Source: Octopus bimaculoides (lineage: Eukaryota). Taken from it: DNA of 64,000 bases. Shown here piece after piece: positions 38,979-51,669 of the stretch; position 1 is the first letter of the stretch, and each line of letters starts with the position of its first letter. The notes under the pieces are model-generated. The model did no database searches, was not told the origin of the DNA, and saw only the letters and a program-made list of their open reading frames with translations. Position numbers and translations under genes: made by a program. The stretch is taken from the NCBI RefSeq assembly GCF_001194135.2, contig NC_068983.1, positions 157,434,471-157,498,470 on the forward strand, written 5' to 3'.

Positions 38979-41900
38979 TTAATAGTCTCCCGGATAGATT
39001 TTTTTAAGATGATTCAAAAGATCTTTCTGTTCAGCTTTTGGCAAAAAACTGGATCTTGCAGCATTAAAAATCTAGAAAATAAAAAAATGGAGGTACTGTA
39101 TTAATCAAACAGAACAAATCTGAATAGAATAACTTTGAAATGAAAAACTAATAATTCTGTTATTGATTGTGTCATCATCATCACCATCGTTTAACGTCTG
39201 TTTTCGATGCTGGCATGGGCTGGATGGTTTGACTGAGGTATGGAGAGCCAGTGGTTGCACCAGGCTCCAATCTGATCTAGCAATGTTTCTACAGCTGGAT
39301 GCCCTTCTTAATGCCAACCACTCCGAGAGTGTAGAGAGTGCTTTTTACATACCACCAGCACAGGAGCCAGTCATGCAGGCCTGGCATCAATCACGTTCAG
39401 ATAGTGCTTTTTATGTGCCACCAGCACAGGAGCCAGTCAGGGGGTACTGGCATCAGCCATGTTTAGATGGTGCTTTTTATGTGCCACCGGCATGGGAACC
39501 AGTCAGGGGACACTGGCATCGACCACGTTCAGATGATGAATTTTACATGCCACCAGAACGGGAGCTTGTCAGGGGGCACTGGCCACAGCTACAATTTTGG
39601 TTTTACTTGACTCAACAGGTCTTCTCAAGCATATCATATCGCTTGATGCATCAAGGGTACTCTTAAGTGAGCCGGACATGCAATACTAGCATCGGCCATG
39701 GCTGCAATCTCTCTTTAGTTGCTGGGTCTTCTCAATCACAGCATATCTCCAAAGGTCTTGGTCTCCTGTCATTGCCTCTCTGAGGCCCAACATTCAAAGG
39801 TCATGCTTCACTTCATCCCATGTCTTCCTGGGTCTACCTCTTCCACAGGTTCCTTCCACAGTTAGGGTGTGGCACTTCCTCACACAACTGTCCTCATCCG
39901 TACATAACACATGACCATACCAGCTCAGTCATCTCTCTTGCACACCACATCTGATGCTTCTCATATCCAACTTTTCTCTCAGGGCGCTCATGCACTGTTG
40001 TATATGCATACTGACATTACATATCCAGTGGATCATACTAGCTTCATTTCTGTCAAGCCTACACATTTCTTCAGCAGTCGAGACCCGTGTTTCACTGCTG
40101 TGTAGCATGTCAGTTTGCACACATGCATCATACAGTCTACCTTTCACCCTGTGTGAGAGGCCCTTAGTTGCCAGCAGAGGTAGAGAAAAAAATTGTTGAT
40201 AAAAACTAGAATAATAAACGCTCTATCCAAGCAATTAAAATTTTGTTGTTTTAATAGATTAGCATTTAAATGAGTGTTATGGTCATACAAGTAGTGTCAT
40301 TTGTTTTCAATTTTATGTGAAAACATTTCCAGTTACAGGGAAATATTACCTTACTTGGAGACAAGTGAAGATTGGTGGTGGGAAGATTGCCTCAATAAAT
40401 TCCATCTGACCCATAGAAGCTTGGAAAAGTTGACATTAAGACAATGATGATGAAATATTCTATCACCATAAAATGGTTAATTTGAACAAATTGTCAAAGC
40501 ATGAATAGAACAGAAAAAAAAAAGATTGCTATATTAAAAAAAAAGAAGTAATATTGCAAACTACAGAAATTATCATAATCAGTCATTTGAAAATAATCTA
40601 CCCGTAATATTTATTATTCTTCTCAAGTACTTAACAGTATATATAATAAGTATTGGAAAATATAAATAAAAGCAAATGAAGACTAAGCATACTTACAGTC
40701 TTTATAATCTGATCTTTGCTAAAACCAGCTTTTTGTGCCATGGCATAATCATTTTGAAGACTGGTAGCAAAGACAGTAGGATCATCAGTGTTCAAAGAGA
40801 AATTAGCATCATCTTTTAAAAACCTTTAAAAAAGATAATTTAATTTTGAGAATTCAACAAGAGATATTGTTACTGAATACATTATGTTGGTTAAAAATAG
40901 GATAAAAAGAAAAGAAAGTTATAGCAACCAAAAGAGAAATTGTACATCAGTTTGAAAAACAAAATAAAAAGAAAAAAAGAGAAAACAGCTTACGTAGTGA
41001 CTGGATGATTTTGTATTTCTCCTGTGAATGCCTTTGTCCTGAAGCTTGAAACTAGGCAAGTCTCTAAGTGAATGTTGTCATTTCTTATTTGTTTGTAGAG
41101 ATGATCATCCTCAATAACATGGTAACCATGACCGACACGATCAGCAAACATATCATCTACAGCCTAGAGGAAGAAAATGAAGTTTTAAAACTGATTAACC
41201 TTCATTTCAAATATAGGAAAGCAATTCAACACCCATATAGAAATATTACTGGATAAAGACCTCTTGATTTAGTCCTTTACAACATAAATGTTACTAAATA
41301 ATTTTTGTTATTTTTTAGGTAATAATTCTTCCCTATTTAAGCTTAAAGTCAGCAATTTTGAGGGAAGGGGGGAAAATTGGTTACATCAACCTCCAGTAAC
41401 TGACTGGTACCTTTTTTTATCAGCCCTAAAAGGATGAGAGACAAAGTTGAACTCAGAATGTAAAGAGCCCAAAGAAATGCCACTAACAAATCTGTCAGCT
41501 TGTTACCTTACTTTTCAGGCAATAAGGTCTATTCTACAGCAGCAATATAAAATTGTACTATATAGTTATTAACTTTGGTTTGTTGCAGTTGTGGTAGACA
41601 AGCAGTTTAGAGACAAATTCCAGAGTCAATGCAAGTTTAAGCTTGGTTGCTTCTGATGTATTTTGGTGTCCTATTATATCATGCACATTTTAAATCTGAG
41701 GTGCATGCCTCAAGAATAGCTCCACAAAATCAATGCTTTCTTTGTCCAAGTTGCGTCATTACTTTTCTAATTATGAATGTAACAATAGCTTTTATTTGTT
41801 TAAAACAAGAAAAAAAAAACGAAAAAATTTCTGAGCCTAACATTTGCTTCTTTCCCAAATATTAAAAGAGAAAGCTGAAGATGAAGCATTTGGCAAAACA

Positions 41901-44900
41901 AATTGGCAAACTAGTTTAAAATGATCATTTTCACTTCCTTATTCAAATTATATTATAAAACATATATAGAGCATAATCAATTTAAAAATCAAAAGCATTT
42001 ACTTTTTCAATGAATTTGTTATCTTGTGTTTAAGTACCACAAAAATAAACAAAATAATTCTTATTTAAGCTATATACTTGTATTGAATCTCTCCTGATAA
42101 AGAGCAAACAATATTTATGGTGTGTCAGTGATGTGAACTTATGGATGAATTTGATGTACAGCCAAACTAATTTAACTGAATTCTCTATGAATCAGAGGTT
42201 TAGTATGCAGCTATATCAACAGGCACACCAAATCGCAAATAGTTCTTATAGTGGCCATTACAACAACCAGCACAGCTCAATGGTGACACATGTAACTCAC
42301 ATACTATGAAATAGTGGTCACAGACAGCCATCACATATTGATTAAAACAGTTTTTATCAATTTATTTAGCATATTTTAGGTTGATTTTCATATTTTCTAA
42401 GGGTCATAGTTTACTGAAAGGGTTCATAAAATATTGAGATAAATTAAGAATCAAAATTTTGAAGAAATAAATTCTGTTAAAATTTCAAAAGGAAAACTTT
42501 ACCTCTTTAACATTAGGAGGTCCTCCAATTTCTCCAGCATGTGCTGTACGATGAATTCCTAGCTTATGGGCTTCCTTGAATAAAAAGTAAATAATAAGAT
42601 TTTCATATATTGCACCATATCTACAAATGAAGTGCTTTTGTTTCATAAGTATTTTATATTGCAGATTATGTTATTTTAATGAAATGAAACTGTGCATAGG
42701 TAAATAAAATGATACCCTTTAACTTATCTTAAATGAAATAGACATTCTCAATGCACAGTTGTCAGCATTAAAATAAATCAACTTGTTTATTCAAAGCTTG
42801 TTAATTTTGTCAGCCTGGAGAAAATCAAATTTTCTGTCTCAATCCTGAACTATGCATAAAATCTCAGTAAGAAATTACAGATTTTGTGAGTTATAGCAGC
42901 CTTCTAGAAAGAGGATAAGTTCATGTGCTTTGAAGAGATGTGAGGGAATTATGTTTTAGATAAGATCATCATATAAAGAAAAAAATGCAAAAAACGGATC
43001 AAGTATCAACTATTAATCCTATTTTCAATAGGATTAATAGACATATATGCATGTCTACGAATGACAATAGACAAATTTAATCCAGGATGAAAATATAAAT
43101 AATGAATATGAGAAATTATTACAAACCTTGAATACTTCTTTAATTTCAGGTGGAGTGGGGAAGAACTCTGCTCCAGCCACATCTATTCCAACAACACCAT
43201 CATTTCTGAACTCATTACACAGTTGAAGTACGTCTTTAGCAATTTCTACAAATAGTCCCATAGATAGATGTATGAGTGTGTGTTCTTTGTATGTATGTGT
43301 ATATATGTGGATGTTTATGTATACACAAACAGACACTTTATTAATAGGATTGTTTTGAAACATTTCCTTACAAAGCTCTCTCAATAAAATCTCACTTCTT
43401 TTGCAGTTCTTCAACAGGGCACATTCAAAGCCAGTTTTGAACTTCCTTATGATTTCCTCAAAGATAAATGTGACATAAATAAATGATTAAATAAAAAACC
43501 CGAAGAACATTAGTAAATTCTGTCCCAGGGTCTCTTTCAAAATATTCTTTCAATTCTCTGGTGAAGTTCTGGCTTTGAGTATGTCACACTGTTAGACTCC
43601 ATTTACTCAACCAAATTACACATATCAGTTTGAATATAGTTATGAAGCAGGCTTGATTTGCAAAACTAATGCAAAAAACACCTGCTGACTTGTAACTTAT
43701 AAACGAATATACTAAACAAAGAAATATACCTTCATTCAAAGGACAGTATACAATGTGGCTAGATTGGTAGCTTACAATCATAGACTATACAATCAAAGAG
43801 CTATTATTGCTCTGTCCTACCAGTAAAGCTTTCATGTGCAAAAGAAACATTCCTATCGCTAGCTGGAACTCAGAGGAAAACAAGGAGCAAAGTAGAAGTG
43901 AGAAATTGAGAGACAAACTACTACATGGGTCATGATTTCCAAAAAACCCTAGAAAATATTCTAATCAATTAAACCAACATATTTCAGATTAAAGCAGTAA
44001 CAGTAAGCATCAAATTGTCAATTAAACCACAAGCTTGATATGACCGTCAATTTACTTTATGTCAGTGTAAACTCTACCTATAATTAAATTGCCTAATTAT
44101 TTTTTAGCATTAAAACCTAACCTAACTTAAATATCCAATGAAATTATTAGTAAACTCAAACAGTAAATCCTTTCTATTACTTATTTTGCCAAATCTTACA
44201 ACCTGTACTGCAAACATGCAATATTCACAAATTCAAAACTTGCTAGTCTTCATGTATACATAACTCTACAAACCTTAACTGAAACATTCATATAATCTTA
44301 TTTGCATCCCTACTACTTCTGCTAGCCTCCAAATCCTTCTGGTAAATTTTATATATTAAACATTAAAAAACCTATTATCTGAACTGAAAATACCATCTAT
44401 GTATCTACAAATGCCACTAAGCTGCCTAAGTAAACATAACTTTTTCCCTTTTTCATAAATCACTAAAGAAACTGAATTCATAAGACGTTAAGCATAAGTC
44501 AGTCAATAAAGAATTTCAATTGCTCCTATCACCTAAGAGTACTTCTAATTTGCCTAAACACTTTACTCTCAAACGAAATGTATACATTAGCTCATTGTAG
44601 TTTATATCAGACATAAAGCCCTCTTTATTTTTAATTAATATATTTAACTTTTTAGCATTTAAACTGGCCATATCCAGCCTAAATATTTTACCTGCTTTAT
44701 CTTGATGACCAAATGTGGCCTCTTACACCTGCCCTACAATGTCATTCTAAAAATAAGCAATCACATCATCGAAATCTTGAAGCTACAAGATAATACATGA
44801 TTAATATAAAACAATGTGAATAAATAAACAACATTTGACAAAGTAATCAGAATGCTAAAGGATTAATTATGTACACATGCCATACACTAGATCTATTAGA

Positions 44901-47900
44901 TGGTAACTCCATACACTCGATATATTCAAATATTCCCTGCCTCAACCAGTTTTGAATCTCAATCAGTATATTATCAACTCCATTTAATGTCCGATCGCCA
45001 TGCTGGCATGGGTTGGACAGTTGGACATGGAGCTGGCTGGCAGGGAACAGACCAGACTCCAACTGTCTGTGGCAGCATAGTTTCCATGGTTGGATGCCTT
45101 TCCTAATGCCAAGAATACAGTATAGAAAATCATTGGGTGAATTATCCTCATACGCCTATTTTTTTTTTTTAAAATTCCATACTAGATTTAATACTCTTCA
45201 ATAAACTAACTCTGGAACTTTGGCAAATGGCTCAAGGATATCTAACAAAAACTGCTCTAACCACACTTAACATTTCATTAACTAAAAATCACTATTTGTC
45301 TCTTTATATTTTACTTTGCTCCAGATATTATAAATCTAGTTTCAAAAGTTGTCTTGCATAACTTAGGCTTCCAAAAGTGTGTAAGAATGCAATAATTCTT
45401 CCCCACAGTGACCAGTTAAAATTTCAGAATCACACAATGATTTAGCAATTTTAAGTTTTAATCTCATCTACACAACAAATTCATAAGTAACATTATACAA
45501 AATACATAACGTGTGTGTGCATGATGGGTGCAGGAATTGCTGAATAGTTAAGAAGTTCACTTGGGCAAGTGTCTTATACTTGAGCTAAAGAAAGCTTTGT
45601 AAGGCAGAAACTGAAACAAAGTAACCAGTCATGCTTGTGTGTGTCAATATGTCTTCTTGTAATGAGATATTGCATGATAGTTGTAAATGAGCATCACTGT
45701 CAAACAAGTGGTGCATTTGGTTTCAATCTTCTATTGAAACTTGTCTGGTCACAGGGAAATATTACCTTACTTGGAAACAGGCGCGAGTTGGCAAATCAAC
45801 TGTAGAAAATTTGCCTCAACAAATTCTGTCAAGCATAGAAAAGTGCACAATAAAATATGTCAGGTTGGTTGGACAAGTTAAACCCTAACTATTAAACTGT
45901 CAAATGTTTATATCATTGAGTGTCCCATTGTAAAGCTTATTCTGGAAGCACTATGGAAGCACTATTCATAATGTAACAAGTAGTGAATTTCATAAAATGA
46001 AAGAAGCATTCAACACATTTGATAGGAGTTTCATCATCATCATCATCATCATCGTTTAACGTCCGCTTTCCATGCTAGCATGGGTTGGACGATTTGACTG
46101 AGGACTGGTGAAACTGGATGGCAACACCAGGCTCCAATCTAAATTTGGCAGAGTTTCTACAGCTGGATGCCCTTCCTAACGCCAACCACTCAGTATTTAT
46201 TAATAACAGTCTTGATTCAGCTTCATGCAACCTAAAGTCTCGTAGGCTCATCATCCAAACTCCAAAAAAGAAATTTGTAAATTGTACTTACCAGGGAGGT
46301 TTCTCATACAACACAAGATAACCTTAATTATTATATTATGTTCTGCGCAGCTTGTTTTTAATGCATCTAAAACAATTTTCACAATCTCTCTTGCAGCTAA
46401 GTTTTCATCTGCAAGAATATGAGGGGCAAACCGTACTTCTGCATAGTAAATATTTTGTTTAGCACTATCTTCACAAAAATCTTTTGCTATTTGTGCAATA
46501 GATTGTTTGTCACCTCTGCAAAAGAAATAAAAAAAAAAAGACATTACGATAAAGCTTATTGAGAGTTCTATAGCAAATCTTTATCGCACTTTGTTTCTGT
46601 TAACTGTTTCATGATGTTTCACAATTATTTTTCAATGAAAAATATAATAAATCCACTGGTGCCATATCACTTTTTCATAAACATGGTACTCAAGTTAAAA
46701 CAATCAGTCCAAAACTATTTAATAAATTATACCAAGAAATATGTTCTTACTTTATAATTGGCAGGAAATAATTAAATATATCCAACATGGCTCCTAAACC
46801 TTCATTTTTACTCTCTGTAACCTTCTCTCTTAGCTCTTCTACTGTCTTCTCTTTTAGTTCTATGTTCCTTCGTCTAATGAATAGAAGAAAAATGTTGTAA
46901 ATAAAAATTTGTAATAATTTACAAAACTGTTTATTTTTGAGATAACATCACAAAATTGAAAAAATTAGTTAACAAGATTTTGAAAGTGTATGCTCACACC
47001 ATTTCTTTCTAGCTTTTACACATCCTTTGTACTCATGCCCATGTCTTACACTTCATATCAAACATCGTACAATCAACAATTTGCTTGAAGAAAAAAATCT
47101 TTGTTACCAGCAGAGATGATAGCTCTGAACTGCTTCCACTTCATACAGGGTAGTCAGGCTAAATTTGACAGTTTGCATGAAGGAAAAGAAAACACAATAT
47201 CCCATCCAAAAAAAAAAAAAATCAATATCAACAAGATTATGGCTGGGAGATAATAGTTTACTCAAAGTAGCCACCCTTAAACTTCCACCATGAACTCCTC
47301 AAGACAGTTCTGGAACCTGGCATATGCATTCCTCACAGAGTCCCTGAGAAGATCTTTGAACACCTCCTTTATCTTGGCCACTAGCTCAGCCTTGGTGTTG
47401 CAGGCAGAATAATTGATGTCTTTTACAACCATGCTCTACACATTGTAATCCATGGGTGAAGTCATAGAAAATTCTCTGATAACCAATTCTAACTATTTCC
47501 AGAGGTATGGTAAGGAGTCAAATCCTGCTGCCACACATATGGCCTTCCAGTAACAACCCTCTCCAGCCAGAGTTTAACCACAGACTCCAGTAGCTTCACA
47601 GCCACCTGAATAGAGCTTAATGCCCTATTTAAATATACGGAGATGAATTCTGGCATACAGACACTGTCAGAATGTTTCTAGTGTCCCTTCCTGCTGGCCA
47701 TGGCCTTGTAATCCTTGTTGCAGCTGTTTATGTTATGTTTTACAGCATTCACAAAGCATTGAGCAGCAGTCATGATGTCAACATAAATGATTTGTTATGT
47801 TGGGTAACTCTTTTCCAATATTCAGATGGCTTCTAGTCCTCCATGTCAATGTTTTCTCAACTACAACTCTAATTTTTATGCTCTCCAATGCTGTTAACTT

Positions 47901-48580
47901 TTCAATACATAGGTGTTCCTGAGAAAAGGCGAAATAAGAAAAATGTGAGGGTTAGAAAAAATTCAGTTTCCTACCATTAACTAAATCCTATGAATATGTC
48001 ACAAAGTGACTTTTCTCTGTGATCTAATACACTTCTTGCACACTCATAGTTTACAAGAGAACACTATATGTGGTTCATATCTCCTCCTCAATATATTAAG
48101 TACAGCCATATTCCAAGTGGTAAAAGGGTCCTATCTTCTTTCCAGCTTCTTAAGACTTTAGTCTTTGCTAAGTTTACTTCAAGGTCTCACAATTCTAGGT
48201 TTTGTTGCATATGTAATTTCTTTAAATCTTCCACAAATTTAGCTCTAAAGACAAGGTCATGGGCAGATAAGAGTTCCTATACACAGCAAGTTTAAACTCC
48301 TTGGTTACAGCCCAGAGAACTAAAATAGAAACAGACTGAGAATCAAACCTTAAGAGATACCTCTCTGCATATTGTATTCCTGATCAAACTCACTGCATAA
48401 CTTTTACTTTGCTGACAGTGTCTCAGGGTATAGTTTGCACCACCCTGACATTCATCTCTACCTAGGTTTTTGTTTTTAAAAGACCACCTGAATACAGATA
48501 TCAAAGGACTTCTCCAAATCAGTGGATGATAGGTAGAGAGTTTACTTAGCTAAAAACTTCTCTTGCAGTTGTCTCACAAG

Positions 48581-48615
<35 letters not shown>

Positions 48616-51272
48616 AAAAAAAAAGCATCAGTGGTACCCTAACCTGGTTCAAATCTGAACTGCATCTGATTAAAGTTAACTTTTTCTCATCAGTCATTCT
48701 AATAAAAAGCTTGTGAATCTTTACAAACAATTTATATTAGAAGTTTATTATATGAGGTGGCCTTGCGTAATAGTGAATCACTTTTGCACTTGTTGCAACT
48801 AGGTTATCTACTAACTGGTTCGCAGTATAACTTATTTAAAACATTACTTTTGTTGCTTGAATACTACAACTTAGTACTCATCCTACTTCTATGTATTTTA
48901 TTTTGAAAAGTTGCACCATATCTTTGACTGCTGAAGCAGATCCCTTTCAGTTAGTTGCAAGTTTTCAAACCTACCAGAATAGTAGGTAGGTAAGTGGATA
49001 GGTAGGTAGATAGTGAGGGGGAGAGAAAGAGAGGGCTGGAAAAGTGGAAGGATAAAATGGTAACTACGTTAAGATCTTTAACTAGTATATAAGTCAGCTT
49101 CAGGAAACTTCCTTATCAAAGTTTTTGATAACAGCTCTAATCTTAGTAAAGGTTGGTAGTTTATCAAGGTGTTGGATGACTGTACTTCATAAATTTTTTT
49201 CCTTGACTTCTGATTTTGACACATTCTTCCAGTGTTCCACTATTGCTGATTTGATTGGTCTTTGTTTAAGGATGTACCATCTGCTGATTTGATTTGTGCT
49301 ATAGAAGAGTTCCTGTGTATTCTATCATAAAAACTGTACAGACAAACCTCTATGTAAGCATCTGAATTTTGCAAGATTTTGCATTTCAGATTTGAAAAAT
49401 TGGAATTGTAAAGTCAAGTTTCTTTTAACATTCTTCCCACTCCCAAAGTTTTGAGAGAGATTTCTTTTTAATATAATGGATGGTAGTTCAAGGTCGTATT
49501 ATATGCTTTGTGAATATTACTCAGGAGTATGGTGGCTGTGGTGGAGATCTCATTAAACCAGTTTTTATGCTTTTTCTCTCTCTTGGTTTCAGAATATAAT
49601 CACACACACACAGAGGTTATCTATAAATTACCTTTACAATTTGAAATATAAAAGTGTAGAAGTTGTAAACATAATTTATGGACATCCTATGTATTCCAAG
49701 TACATCACATACATAAATACACATGCATTTTTTTTTATATGCAGGTGTGAGCATATATTTTTCTTTCAATAGTGTTAATGAAATGACAAAATTTACAGAA
49801 GCAATTTTGCCAAACCCATTTCATATTTTCAGTATACAAAATGAAACACAGAAAAAATATTGGACTTAAATTTTACACTTAATCTAAATTATGTACAAAT
49901 AATTTTTTTGCTTAAGCCACTGAATGCAGTTATATATGGTTATATTTGTATGCAAAAAATAACAAAACTATATCTTACTTGGCTGTTTCAAATAATGTCT
50001 CTGGTCGAATTGCTCCATCCAAATGAACATGTAGTTCCACCTGCAAGTTATAAGAATATCACTACCTGTTACTAAATACCTAGAAAAATATTAGTTTGGT
50101 CAACCTCTTATTTAGGTCATCTCAAAAATATATCAAAGCAACAATATTAAAAATGTTTTTATTTCTTCACTCAAGAAGAAAAAGATAAATAACTTATAAA
50201 AGCTTAATTTAATTTTTTTGCTAAAGTTCAAAGATGGTTATATATTATGGAATTCGGTTGCCTGCATTCATAGAAATTACCTTCATGGGTATACAAAACA
50301 CTAATAACCAAAATATAAGTACTTATTTCTTATCCTTTGATTTCCAAATGTGTTTAACCCTTTAGCATTCAAACTGGCCATATCTGTTCCAAATATTCTG
50401 TTTTGCATTCAAACCAGCTAGATCCAACCTCTCACACTTATCCTATAATGTTATTCTAAAAATAAATAATCACATCATTGAAATCTCAAAGCTATGAGAC
50501 AATGCATGGTTAATTTAAAACAATGTGAACAAATAAGCATTACATTTGATTGAGTAATTTGAATGCTAAAGAGTTAAACAGGACAGTGGTCTTTCCAAGT
50601 TGGCTGTGGTAGAATGACCTATTATGTTGGTATAAGCAGCCTAAAAATTGGAACTGACATGCAACGGATTCAGAATAGAGGCTTTGAAAGAAGCATCGTA
50701 TAACATGCTTGTGATGTATCCTCCAACAATAAAATATATTACATATGACTAACAGAAAACATTCAGTACAATAGTTCATTCTATCACTGCAGCATGGAAA
50801 AAAAAATTCATACCCACTATCCAAACACATTAAAAAAAAAGAAATCAAAGAATGCAGAATAAACACAAGTATCATGATTATAAATAGAAGCCCAGTATAC
50901 TTAGACATTCAAAGTCTGCAACCACAGCACCATAGAGAAACTCTATATCATTTAGTATTCTGCACCAATACTAAACAAAAGATTTGAGCTCATCTTAACT
51001 AGTTGCCATATAGGAAAGTTCCTGCTGATTAATTTTAAAGCAGAGCCTCCTTCTGGTATCTGAAGTAAAGAACACAACAGCATTGATAATAATCACATGA
51101 TCAAGGAGTTCAAATCTTACTAAAGTCAACTTTCCCTTTCCTCCTTCCAAGGTTGATATAAAAGTACCAATCCGGTGGGTGGATTACCAGAACTTTAAGA
51201 ATCAGATACCTTGTATTTGCTTGAGTTCTTTGTATATTGAGTTGAAATTGCATCAAGGTGAGAGAGAGAGAT

Positions 51273-51311
<39 letters not shown>

Positions 51312-51603
51312 GATAGAGAGAGAGAGATAGAGAGAGAGAGATAGAGAGAGAGAGATAGAGAGAGAGAGATAGANNNNNNNNNNNNNNNNNNNNNNNNNNN
51401 NNNNNNNNNNNNNNNNNNNNNNNNNNNNNNNNNNNNNNNNNNNNNNNNNNNNNNNNNNNNNNNNNNNNNNNNNNNNNNNNNNNNNNNNNNNNNNNNNNNN
51501 NNNNNNNNNNNNNNNNNNNNNNNNNNNNNNNNNNNNNNNNNNNNNNNNNNNNNNNNNNNNNNNNNNNNNNNNNNNNNNNNNNNNNNNNNNNNNNNNNNNN
51601 NNN

Positions 51604-51669
<66 letters not shown>

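Noticed and set aside
18294-38979. Functional link between ADA and ADAR-edited dynein
   Set aside because: ADA acts on free adenosine, not on RNA. The genes are convergent and 20 kb apart, with no evidence of shared regulation.
39310-39590. CRISPR-like regular repeats
   Set aside because: Units are degenerate tandem copies without unique spacers, the context is eukaryotic, and there are no cas genes.
39163-39666. 167-aa ORF with internal repeats
   Set aside because: Antisense reading of a tandemly expanded LINE 3' UTR; the same peptide pattern appears at other repeat copies.
48542-48730. ORF ending LQEKFLAK as a possible ADA exon 3
   Set aside because: It is interrupted by a poly-T run; the true exon 46873-46751 has the right size, phase and sequence.
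50894-50908. ATG TCT AA|GT as the first ADA coding exon
   Set aside because: It is phase 2, but the VELHVH exon needs phase 0; the 55088-55068 exon fits.
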